From NCBI GenBank assembly GCA_951406725.2, contig OX597839.1:28458001-28522000 (forward strand): a stretch of 64,000 nt of DNA. The letters run 5' to 3'. The notes below the pieces were generated by a model. That model had not been told where the DNA came from, searched no databases, and saw only the letters and a program-made list of their open reading frames with translations. Source of the stretch: Octopus vulgaris (lineage: Eukaryota). The position numbers and the translations under genes were made by a program. Shown here in pieces: positions 52,574 to 64,000 of the stretch (positions are counted from its first letter, which is position 1; every line of letters begins with the position of its first letter).

Positions 52574-53967
52574 TCATGTCTGTGTGTATGTATTCATGTG
52601 TGTGTGTGTATAAAAAAAAACGACAAAAAAGTATAGGGAAACTGCTGTGACAGGTGGAATATCCAAAGGATTCCTACAGCAAAGTCCTTCTTCAACTTGA
52701 AGTTGATGAAAAGGAAAATAAAGACAACTGTCAACTTGACCATGAAGAAGGACTTTATTGTTCGAAATGTCGGACACTTCAAGAATGGTTCCGCTCAATG
52801 AAGCAGAGCTAACTTCGCCTTATGGTCCATGAACCTATCTTAGTTTTCCCGATTTATACAAAATGACGATGACAACGACAACGAGTTTGTCTTCCACATT
52901 CGCCCTCCCCAACTTTAAGTTGTGTAACTAGCTAATGCAGTAGGTTACAAAACACTTGGGAGAAGGGATACTTTCAACACTATAGGGTGTGTATGTATAT
53001 GTGTGTGCGCGCATGTGTGCGTGTGGTTTTGGGGCTGTTTTTGAAAAAAAAAAGGATATAGGAAATGAAGCAATAGTCATCATGCATAGCAATATTGGAA
53101 ATAAAAAGGCAGGGAGGGAAACTGTAGAGGACATCATGAAATGTGTGTGTGTGTGTGTGTGGTATAAGAGAATCGCAAGAGGTGGCAAGGAGGAAGAGGA
53201 GGAGGAAAAGGAGAGGAGAAGAGGAAGAGCAAGAGAAAGAAGGAGGAACTGAGGAAGAAAGTCTTTAACCTATATATCACATGGTACATCATGTGACATA
53301 GTCCAGTGTTTCTCAACCATTTCATCTATGAACCCCTTTATCAGCCATTTTATTCTGGCAGAACCCCGTAAGCCATTCTACGTTTGAAAACTAGTTTTAA
53401 AAGATACTTCCCTCAAAATTCCTATTTTGTATCTCACACTTTCATTTGTAAAACATTTGAGAAAGAAAGCTGGCTCTATCTTGCAACACATTCATCTAAA
53501 GTAAAAAATGTTTTCATAGACCCTTAATATACTATGGTGGGTCCTCAGTTTATTATTTTGCTTGCATGGAACCCCCAAACTCTTATATGAACCCTGGTTG
53601 AGAACCACTGGTTTGCTTTTAAATACACACACGCGTGCACACACACACACGTACACAAGTGAGTGGAGAAAGAAAAGAAAGAAGAACTTAAGACATTTGG
53701 TAGGACTTACAGACATTATCATTTAAAATAGTTTGATTGGGTTCCATGTAGCCTGAAGTTTTGTAGGCTCACCTAACGAACATAACTCGTCAGGTTTGTA
53801 GAAAGCTGAATCAATTAAAGAATAGAGAGAGTGGGGAGGAGAGACAGAGAGACATAGAGACAGATAGACAGTGAGTGAGTGAGAGAGAGACAGACAGACA
53901 GAGACAGATAGATAGGGGGTGAGTGTGAGAGAGAGGAATGTAAGTAAGACAAGAAATCAGTAATATA

Positions 53968-54004
<37 letters not shown>

Positions 54005-55393
54005 AAAAGCTGTAAATGTGGCAGGGCAAGAAGGCAGAAGCCTTAATGCAGTGGTAGCACAATTAAAAACTTATATGTTGATTAGTAAGGCTTTAATTTG
54101 TTTTGGTATGCGTGGCTGGAACATGGAAAAAATAAGAAACAAGAAGAAAAAGAAAAAAAAGGAATTCATCATAAAAAAAAATAGAAAAACACAGTTCTAT
54201 GCCCCACCACAAAATACGGTGAGGCATGGTGTGTATGTGGAAGCTTCTAACATGGTGTGGTGGGAAGAAGGAAAAAGCCTAATGGGGAAGTTGGAATTTC
54301 TAGGAGGCTCTGCATGTAGTGAAAGAAAGCTGTTAATTCGTAAATAAGTGAGGCATGAAGCATGTCAAGATACTTAGCTGGACTGGTGGTGTGGCTGAAA
54401 CCAAAAGAAAAAGAAAACAATCCTGGACAAAACAGTGAACAAGGAGAGGTGGGTTAAAGAAAGAAAATAAATAAATAAAATATAGGACGGTGCTGAGAGG
54501 TGAAGAGGAAGCTGGCTTGGAGGTTATAAATTAGGATGTCTTCAAACATATATTGTGGTGTAGTTTGCATGAAGCATTGTCTGATATAGATAAATGCTTT
54601 TAATTATACTTTTTAAAGCGAAAACAATGTACGTTTTAGGAAATAATTACAAACTGATGGTTTATACTTTTCATATTTTATTCCAATATTTGAATGTTAG
54701 GCGGCAGAAACGTTGACATGACGGGTGAAATGCTTAGCGGTATTTCGTCTGTCTTTACGCTCCGAGTTCAAATTCCACTGTGGTCGACTTAGCCTTTCAC
54801 CTTTTTGGGGTTGATAAATTAAGTACCAGTTGCATACTGGGGTCGATGTAATCAACTGGTCCCCCTCCCACCAAAAAATTTCGGACCTTGTGCCGAGAGA
54901 AGAAAAGAATATATATGAATGTTAGGGCAGGGAGCTGGCAGAATCATTAGCACACCAGGCAAAATGCTTAGCAGCATTCCATGTCTTTACATTCGGGGTT
55001 CAAATTCCGCTGAGGTCAACTTTGCCTTTTATCCTTTCAAGGTTGATAAAATAAGAAGCAGTTGAACACTGGGGGTCAATATAATCGATATACCCTGCCC
55101 CCGAAATTGCTGGCTTTGTGCCCAAATTTGAAACCAACATTTTACGTAAACTAGGGTGGAGAGCAAGCAGAACAGTTAACACCCCAGGCAAAATGCTTAA
55201 CAGTATTTTGTCCATCATCACGTTCTGAGTTCAAATTCCGCCTAGGTCAACTTTACGTTTCATCTTTCTGGGGCCAATGAAATCAACTTGCCCCTTCCTC
55301 CAAAATTGTTGGCCTTGTGCCAAAATTTGAAGCCAATATTGCAAAGTTAGGAGCCCTTCTTTGTTTTTGTTAGGCTTTGTGTTGGAAGATATA

Positions 55394-56262
55394 CAGGGTG
55401 TTCAGGTTAAGTTTGGTGATCGTTTTTTATGCTTCCATTTTCTAATAACAGCTTGATTTATAGGAGCATAGGAAGGTATAAAGATTAAAGTTGTAGTTGA
55501 TTAAAGTTTAACTGACACGGAGGACTGGAAGCCATTTGAATATTGGAAAAGTGCTATTATGTGTATCATGATGGGTTGTGCTGGGTATCAAAATGCCCGC
55601 ATCATGACTTCTGCTCTGTGAACACTGTGAAGGCTGTAAGGTGTGATATGGACAGCGGCACTGGAGACCACAGAGCGATGGCCAGCAGGAAGGGGATGGT
55701 CTTTGGGTGTGCCTCTAGTGAGGGTGATGCCATGCTGCCCCACATCTTTGAACATCCCTTTGTGAAGCTACTGGAGACTGTAATGAAACCCTAGTGGGAG
55801 AGAGTTGCTGTTGGAAGGCCATATGTGTGGTAGCAGGATCTGGTTCCTTGCCGTACCTCCATAAAGAGTCAGAAGTGGTTGTTGGAGAATTCCTAAAACT
55901 TCACAGCACAAATTCCTGGTTTCTTAATTCCTATGATTGTAGCCCCAGGCATTATTATGTGTGGGATGCAGTTAAGAAAGACACCAGCCTCTGCCACATC
56001 AAGGTCAAGGCCAAGTTGGTGGTGCTTGAAGATCAAGGATGTGTTCAAAGATCTTCCCAGAGACACAATGAGGAATGCATTCACCAGGTTCCAGGGCAGT
56101 CTTGAAGCCATGAGAGCAGGTGAAGGCAGCTACTTTGAGCAAACTCTTATCTCCCAGCCATAATCTAATCAGTTTTTTTTTATTTCATAAAACACTTTAT
56201 TTTGGGATGGATATTGTATTTTCTCTTTTATGCAAACTGTCAAATTTGGCCTCAACATCCTG
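55394..56262 (+). mobile_element. Second decayed maT-like (DD37D-type) transposon
   Basis: TA|CAGGGTGTTCAGGTTAAGTTTG ... CAAATTTGGCCTCAACATCCTG|TA; remnants MVFGCASSEGDAMLPHIF, RPYVW*QD and DCSPRHYYVWDAV. Confidence 0.7.
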
Positions 56263-56302
56263 TACAGTATTTGTGTGCGTGCATATATATATATATATAT
56301 AT

Positions 56303-56686
56303 AGGCGCAGGAGTGGCTGTGTGGTAAGTAGCTTGCTAACCAACCACATGGTTCCGGGTTCAGTCCCACTGCGTGGCATCTTGGGCAAGTGTCTTCTGCT
56401 ACAGCCCCGGGCTGACCAATGCCTTGTGAGTGGATTTGGTAGACGGAAACTGAAAGAAGCCTGTCGTATATGTGTGTGTGTGTGTTTGTGTTTGTCCCCC
56501 TAGCATTGCTTGACAACCGATGCTGGTGTGTTTACGTCCCCATCACTTAGCGGTTCAGCAAAAGAAACCGATAGAATAAGTACTGGGCTTACAAAGAATA
56601 AGTGCCGGGGTCGATCTGCTCGACTAAAGGCGGTGCTCCAGCATGGCCGCAGTCAAATGACTGAAACAAGTAAAAGAGTAAAAGAG
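56303..56686 (+). mobile_element. Full-length tRNA-derived SINE (octopus type) with (TG)n middle and GTAAAAGA tail
   Basis: Head ggcgcaggagtggctgtgtggtaag...ggttcagtccc with A/B boxes; related copies at 2465-2888, 2920-3086, 3988-4401, 21925-22300, 29383-29540, 38938-39092 and 41090-41670 (all -) and 16563-16722 (+). Confidence 0.85.
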
Positions 56687-56871
56687 ATATACACACACAC
56701 ACACATTACAAAAAAAAAATAATAAAAGAAGTCGGATCACAACATCACATCTCTGAAAATTTCCTAAAGAAGGGGTCCTAACCCTGAAATATTGAAATAC
56801 CGGATAAAACCATCAGCTTGTACTGTTTTCCATAACTTGCATTGTTTTAGCTTTCAAAAAAAATTAAAAAC

Positions 56872-56913
<42 letters not shown>

Positions 56914-59900
56914 TATACCAAAATCACAGGGTGTCTTTGTATCTCATGGAAAACAACACAAAAATTAAAAAAATAAACTCAGAGTATTTCACAGTGCTGG
57001 ATCAAACAAAGCAATTTATTATCTAGAAAAAAATCCCATTTTTTTTTTAGTAGTAAGCATTAGTTTAACAAATATACATGTTTACATTCAACAGACTAAC
57101 AAAAATACAGGTTTCAAAAAAATATATATATATGCATAATATACATATATATTCTTAATGGTCCCATGTATAGGTGTGTGTGTGTGTGTGTGTGTGAGAA
57201 AGTATACAGTTGAATATCTAAATATACTTGAAACAACAGTTTCTCATCATCATTATTTTTATGTCCCCTTTGACATGAGTCAGACAGGAATTACTGAAGC
57301 AGGACATGAAGCTGCATGGCTCAGTGGTTAGGGTGTGAGGCTCACAATCATGAAGTAGTGAGTTCGATTTCTGGACTGAGCTGTGTGTTATGTTCTTGAG
57401 CAAGACACTTGATTTCACTATGGCTCCAGTTCACTCAGCTGCAGGAATGAGTTGTGATGTCACTTGTGCCCAGCTGTATCAACCTTTGCCATTCCGTTGG
57501 ATAACATTGGTGGCATGGAGAGTGGGGAGGTTGGTATGCAGGGGTGACAGCTGGTCTTTCATAAAACAACCTTGCCCAGACCTGTGCCTCAGAGGGTAAC
57601 TTTCTAGGTGTAATCCCATGGTCATTGTTAGCTGAAGACTGGGGGCGTCATTACCCCTACTATATGACAGCCAGATGCCCTTCTTTATGTTAACTCTGAC
57701 AGGTTTTACAAATAAACCATATTTTTCTTCACTCCATTGTTCATATGTCAAAAGCACTGAGCCATGGACACACTGTCCACAGGAGACATTTAAATATGAG
57801 TCCACCATCACTCAAACAATGTCATATAAATCTGTCTACACAGGTGTCAAGCTATCCTCTGAGATTCTAAACCAGTAGTTTCTCAACCACTTTGTCCCCA
57901 CTGGAACCCTTTGGTTCCTATTTTACTCCTATTATATTGTTCATCATCACTTAACGTCCGTATTCCATGTTGGCATGGGTTGGACAGTTTGAATGAAAAC
58001 CGATAGGCTGGAGAGCTGCACCAAGCCACAGTCCGATTTAGCATGGTTTCTACAGCTGGATGCTCTTCGTAATGCCAACCACTCCAAGAATGTAGTGGGT
58101 GCTTTTTACATGCCACCAGCACGGGTGCCAGCTATGAAACACCAGCATCAGCCACAACTAAGATCTTACTTGGCTTCTCAGGTCTTATCAAGAACAGTAT
58201 ATTGCCAAAGGTCTCAGTCATTTGTCACTGCCTCCGTGAGGCCCAAAGTTCAAAGGGTGCTTTTTTATGTGCCATCGACACAGGTGCTAGCTATGTGATG
58301 CTGGCACTGGCTAAAGAATTATATATAAAAAAAAAAATTTCTAAAATATTTTATGTATTGTAGAAGTATAGCCAACTTACTGCAGATAAATTTTAACAAC
58401 AAAATATTATGCGGACCTTCAAGGGTCTTATGGACTCTGGTTGAGGACCACTTCTCAAAACTGTGGGGTCCAGACTTTGAAACTTCAAAGTCTGGAGTTT
58501 CGTGTCATGTAAATCTTAATTGAAGACCTGTGCATGTAGATTATAATGTTTCCAATACCATCATCATAGTTTGGCTTCATAAGGGAAGATTCAGAAAGTG
58601 ATGGGTTGTTCCCATTGATTGCAGGCTCGTTAGTAGCTGACGAGGCTAATTTAGGGCTGGTAGTATATTTAGATATTTAACTGTACATCTGTTTTAATTA
58701 GTTCTATCTCAAGACATCATCAAGCATTAGTGTGGCATTTACATTTTTATATATATCAATAAAATATAGCATTCAGCACGGCTTGTTTCAAGATTTAATT
58801 TAGTGTTAAAGTAATAAAGTGTGTGTGTATGTGTGTGTGTATACTATACATCTGTGTATAAACATCACTGACAGGCCTCGACTGCAGTATTTGTCCTATA
58901 ATGACATCTTATTGACATGCTGCATTAAAAACAATAAATATCAGAGGGAAAATAAAATTTGTCCCAGCAGTGGCCAGTAACTGGTTTAGCAATAGTGAGT
59001 ATACATTGAGTATAATATATAGATAGCTATTTTAATTTAATGCTGCCACAATTGCACGTACTGGATTTTTATTCACTTGGGAAGCTATTCACACCATCAG
59101 TGAATGCTTTCTTCATTTTTTTTCTATATTAGAAATAAAAATACATCTGGAACTCTTGCTGGTCATTGTGGGGATGAATTTTTTGTCACCCTCTGACATT
59201 CATAGAATTTTGAACAGAGAACATCAATAAGATATTATCTCAGGACAAATACTACAATAACTGGCCTATCAGCCATGTATATACATTGAGTATGATACAT
59301 AGATGGCCATTTTAATTTAATAGAGCCTCCATTGCATATACCAAATATATACATATAACTGGTCCCATAACGCCCACACACACAAACACTGAAGGCAGCT
59401 ATGATAATTATGAAACTCAGGCCTAAACCCCTAAGCATAGGGGGTTGGTGAAATATAAAGGATGGTGATCAGCTCAAGTTTTGTAACATGAGATAGATGA
59501 GAGATGAACCCTGCCCCTGGATAGAACACCAGAGAATCTGAATGCGAACATTTACAGATGAACTTCCATGTAGTTGCAATAGAAAGCTGAACTGAAGCAG
59601 AGAGAATTAGGTGTTCTGCCCAGGATTTGAACTTATAACTTACAATTTATGTAATCCAGTGTTATTATTATTATTAGTAGTAGTAGTAGTAGTAGTGGTG
59701 GCGGTGGTTAGATGCGTTGCACTCATGATCACAAGGTCATGGGTCCAATTCCCAAACAGGTCACACATTGTGTTCTTGAGCAAAGCACACTTCATATCAC
59801 ATTGCTCCAGTCCACTCCAGTCCACTAAGCTGTCAATGGGTCACCCTGTCATGGAGCAGCCTTTCGGTCAGAAGGAAACGTTGGCCTGCTCAGTTAGCCA

Positions 59901-60018
59901 GTGGGGTGGCATCATTCAAAAGCTAAAAATGATGCAAAGCGCATTGTGACCAGCGATGTATAACAACATCCGAATAGTCTGGTCGACCACATGATTATTA
60001 ATATTATCATCATCATCA

Positions 60019-60052
<34 letters not shown>

Positions 60053-60810
60053 GGTGGTGAGCTGGCAGAATTGTTAGCATGCTGGGTAAAATGCTTAGCG
60101 GCATTTCATACATTTTCATGTTCTGTGTTCAAATTCTGCCGAGATTGACTTTGCTTTTCATCCTTTCAGGGTCAATAAATTTCAGGGTCAAATACTAAGG
60201 TCAATGTGATTGACTGTCTCTCCCCACACAAATTCCAGGCCTTGTGCCTTTAGTAGAAAGGATTATTATTATTAGTATTAGCAGTAGTAAACTTTATTTA
60301 GTTTTTTTTTTTAATTAATTAGTTTTTGAAGAGTAATGTATTAAACGAAGAGGACAATAAATTCTAGAGAAGGAGGAGGAGGGAAAGAAAGAAAGAAAGA
60401 AAGAAAGAGTGAAAGGGAGAAAGAAGTGTATGGCAGTAGATGCGGAGTTGGCAGGGACGGGAAGATAGGACGGCAGAGGGGGGGGGGGGGCTTGCGCATG
60501 ACAATACATAAAAAACAAAGAAAAAAACAACTAAAGAAAAACCTAAATAAAAAAATAACTAGAAAGAAAACACAAAAACAAACAACAAACAAAACAAAAA
60601 ACTAAAAATCTCTTTCGCTTTTTTTTTTAACAAACACATATACACACATATACAAACAAACACAAACGTAGCCATGCAAACATAGATACACGCATACTAC
60701 GGAGTGTTTATATCAGTGTGTTTGTATATTTGTTAGTTGGGGGCATGGTGGGAATTTTTAGAAGTAGTAGTAGTAGGAGGAGGACGAGTAGTAATAGTAG
60801 CAGTAGAAGT

Positions 60811-60826
60811 GCCAGCAGATGGCGCT
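60811..60826 (+). promoter_or_regulatory. CTCF-like binding motif
   Basis: GCCAGCAGATGGCGCT matches the CTCF core consensus CCASYAGRKGGCRS; it lies ~80 nt inside a RABEP1 intron. Confidence 0.45.
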
Positions 60827-60906
60827 GCCGGTGAGTGCCGTTTCTTATTTACATCTCTCGATGTCAGTCCAAATAAGTCAAATAAAGAAGCTAACTCTGG
60901 GCCTAC

Positions 60907-61073
60907 CCGTTGCGTGGTTTGTTCGTCTAACTGTTGTGTTAAGGCATTGATTAGTTGCTTTGACTTGGTCTGGATCTTCTTCAGAGACTGGTCCGAGTCT
61001 CGCAGTTTTGTTTCCGTCTCCGCACGCACCGACGATTCCCGCTCCAGTTCTGACTTACAGCTTTCCAAAATTG
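60907..61073 (-). CDS. RABEP1: RABEP1-like coding exon
   Basis: gttgcag acceptor and CGG|gtaggc donor; 167 nt, phase 1->0, joins in frame: AILESCKSELERESSVRAETETKLRDSDQSLKKIQTKSKQLINALTQQLDEQTTQR. Confidence 0.88.
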
Positions 61074-61299
61074 CTGCAACACGCAAAGAGCAAGAGAGAG
61101 AGACATTGAATTAGAGACAGTTCGTAAGTGTTAATTAATGGAAAAGGCATAAACAGATTGCTTTGTTTTTAGTTATTAATTTAGCAATATAAAGATGGAT
61201 GGATGGATGGACAGACGGACAGACAGGTGGTACAGATGGATTGGATAGAGGAAATAGATAGGACAGACAGATACATAAGCTGGGTAGATGGATGGATAA

Positions 61300-61714
61300 G
61301 TTGGCGAGCTGGCAGAAATGTTAGCACGCCGGGCGAAATGCTTTGCGGTATTTCATTTGCCACTATGTTCTGAGTTCAAATTCCGCCGAGGTCAACTTTG
61401 CCTTTCATCCTTTCGGGGTCGATAAATTAAGTACCAGTTACGTATGGGGTCGATGTAATCGACTTAATACCTATGTCTATCCTTGTTTGTCCCCTCTGTG
61501 TTTAGCCCCTTGTGGGTAATAAAGAAATAGGTATTTCATCTGCCGCTATGTTCTGAGTTCAAATTCCACCGAGGTCGACTTTGCCTTTCATCCTTTCGGG
61601 GTCGATTAAATAAGTACCAGTTACACCCTGGGGTCAATATAATCGACTTAATCTGTTTGTCTGTCCTTGTTTGTCCTCTCTGTGTTTAGCCCCTTGTGGG
61701 CAATAAAGAAATAA
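61300..61714 (+). mobile_element. SINE family 'ggcgagctggcagaa...gcctttcatcctttcggggtcgataaa', dimeric here
   Basis: Conserved central block; copies at 13222-13625, 15008-15470, 20547-20998, 54700-55338 and 60051-60263 (+), and 18578-18815, 37115-37351, 48653-48872 and 49242-49466 (-; the last has TSD aagagtc). Confidence 0.85.
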
Positions 61715-61929
61715 AGATAGATGAATGGACGGCTGGACAGACAGATAGACAGATATAGATATATAGATACAATGAGGGACGGATAGATAGGTAGATAGAT
61801 TATCATCATTTTAATGTCCACTTTACAGTGCATTCAAGGGTTCGACAGAATTTACTTAGGCAGACTGTTTACATCCAGATGCTCTCCCTGTCACCAACAC
61901 TCCCCTGTTTGCAGGTGAGATGGTGATCT

Positions 61930-62260
61930 CCCAGCCTATCAAACAACAAACTGTTAGACATGCTTCGTGCAGAGAACGGGAAACAAATGGCACTGCAAGG
62001 AGCCCCCTGTCAACAAAGACCTACACAACATGTCAGGATACGTCAAGAAGCCCAGACAGGCCATCATGGTGGACTGCAGCCAAGAAAGTGACACCAGTGG
62101 CAGAGCCAGTATGCGATGAGAAGCAAATGCCAAACACACAATCACATATGTATACATTGCTAGCAGACACGTTGCTGCTATCTCCAGCCTCTGAACATCT
62201 ACCATTGACAAGGCCAGAGAAGGCCGAAATCATGTGACCTGGTGGTCACAGTGATGGCAA
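61930..62260 (+). mobile_element. Possible decayed RTE-clade LINE 3' fragment
   Basis: Degenerate QDRPSW-like and terminal Cys/His remnants spread across frames; weak. Confidence 0.3.
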
Positions 62261-63651
62261 TGGCAGGTGATTTATCTCCCCTCTAGCAATATAAACAAGA
62301 GAGCTTATATGCACTGGAAGCCAATGTGAGACTTTCTCTCTCGTGGTAACATCACAGTATTTTCTGTTCTAACACAACCAGTGGGGTTAAATATTAGCTT
62401 CTGGCGTTAATACTACTTTTGCATGGCTCAGTGGCCATAGTGTCAGGCTCACAACCATGAGGTAGAGAGTTCAATTCCTGGACTGGGCTGCATGTTGCGT
62501 TCTTGAGCAAGACACTTTATTTCATGTGGCTCCAGTTCACTCATCTGTAGAAACAAGTAGCGACATCACTGGTGCCAAGCTGTATCAGCCTCTTAGCCTT
62601 TCCCTTGGATAAAATCAGTGGCATGGAGAGGGGAGGCCGGTATGCATGAGCGACTGCTAGTCTTCCGTAAAGAACCTGACCTGGACTTGCACCTCGGTGC
62701 AATCCTATGGTCATTCATGACCGAAGGGGGTCCTTACCCTTTACCCTGTGTCGCTAATAATTTTATATACAAACAACTGATTTCTGTCAGTTTCTGTCTA
62801 CCAAAATCCACTCATAGCTTAGATTGGCCTGGGACCATCATAGGAGATGCTTGTCCAAAGTTACCACACAGTGGGAGTGAATATGAAACCATGTGGCTGA
62901 GAAGTGAACTTCTTAACCATGGCTGGTGTTAGGAAGGGGTTAAAGTGATCTGAATTAAAACTTTCCATCAAACTTTAATGTTAATTTATGTTCCTAATAC
63001 TAGCTTAATAATGACAAAGTTGTTTACAACTAATTGAAACAAAGGCAATGTGTTTCAACAGAAATATGGCAACAAAAGGGTTAAAGTGATCTAAATCAAA
63101 ATCTTGCTTAAAAACTTTGTTAATTTATCTTCTAAACACTAGCTTTAGTAAATTCTTCATCATCATCATCATCATTTAACATCCGTTTGTCATGGACGAT
63201 TGGACGGTTCGACCGGGGATCTGGGAAGCCAGGAGGCTGCACCAGGCTCCAGTCTGATCTGGCAATGTTTCTACAGCTGGATGCCCTTCCTAACGCCAAC
63301 CACTCCGTGAGTGTAGTGGGTGCTTTTTATGTGCCACTGGCACTGGAGCCAGGCAAGGCTGGCATTGGCCACGGTCGGAATGGTGCATTTTACGTGCCAC
63401 CTGCATGGAAGCCAGTCAATGCGGTACTGGCTACGGCCACGTTCGGATTGGTGCATTTTACATGCCACCTGCATGGAAGCCAGTCGAGGCGGCACTGGCT
63501 TCGGCCATTATTTTCAAAATAAATTGAAACAAAGTTTGTATATTTCAACAGAGAAATGGTGACAAAAGGTTGGCTTTGCCACCCACCCCCACCACCACCA
63601 CTGGGTCAGACAATGGTAAAACAAAAGCAATGAGAGCTGAAATCCTCCTAC

Positions 63652-63841
63652 CTAGCCGTTCTTGTAAAGTACTGACTTCCTGTGACAAAGTCTCTTCAAG
63701 AGTGTTCTTTTCTTGCTGGTCAGCCAGTGCCCTGTCTTTGAGAAACAGGATCTCACTCTTCAGGGTGTCTTCTATGTGTTCCTTTGCCACTTTGGCAGCA
63801 ATAATCTCTTCTCGGTACTTCAATAATAACAGCTGCATTTC
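63652..63841 (-). CDS. RABEP1: Rabaptin-5/RABEP1-like coding exon (coiled coil)
   Basis: tttcag acceptor and G|gtagga donor; 190 nt, phase 0->1; EMQLLLLKYREEIIAAKVAKEHIEDTLKSEILFLKDRALADQQEKNTLEETLSQEVSTLQERL, matching the Rabaptin motif LLKYREeII...LK.EI.FLK. Confidence 0.9.
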
Positions 63842-64000
63842 CTGAAAAATTCCAAAGAAACCCAACTAAAATCAAACAAAAGTTTTCCGGATGAAGAGAA
63901 GGAACAAGCAATGCCTGAACGTTCAGACGATCAAAGCCAAACACACACATATTTGAAATTTGATTTGAAGAAAGCTATGTAAAGAGTTGTGTCTTACTTC

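Noticed and set aside
52574-52900. Unique-looking minus-strand ORFs (74 and 62 aa)
   Set aside because: No convincing acceptor/donor pair or recognisable homology; cannot be supported
53740-53800. CTGACGAG...CAAAAC hammerhead-like motif (family also at ~9190, ~30720 and ~49510)
   Set aside because: GAAA and the helices are too decayed in all four copies to call a ribozyme from this window alone
60737-63845. Plus-strand ORFs of 125 and 91 aa overlapping RABEP1 exons
   Set aside because: Antisense shadows of real coiled-coil coding exons

Overview
Eukaryotic, AT-rich, microsatellite-dense genomic DNA. The SINE families and (AT)n/(TG)n load point to an octopus or other coleoid cephalopod; this is inferred from repeat content. 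Two convergent protein-coding genes are supported. On the + strand is the last coding exon of a septin-2-like gene (12471-12563) with a ~3.2 kb 3'UTR. On the - strand are the last five coding exons of a Rabaptin-5/RABEP1-like gene ending in a FYVE finger (63841->36436), with candidate alternative C-termini. The rest is tRNA-derived SINEs, Helitrons, Tc1/mariner (DD37D maT and mariner), hAT-, piggyBac- and Merlin/Mutator-like MITEs and R4/Dong-like fragments. The strongest hidden signal is a set of at least 10 intact or degenerate type I minimal hammerhead-ribozyme motifs from several unrelated short repeat families (Penelope pseudo-LTR/retrozyme-like). They often sit beside (AT)n tracts and are folded back into DNA palindromes; one palindrome has its axis exactly in hammerhead helix II. 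Also seen: two recent local templated copies (one captured inside a DNA transposon), inverted SINE pairs bracketing two RABEP1 exons, and a possible spliced antisense transcript. Nearly all ORFs in the supplied track are microsatellite or SINE artefacts.
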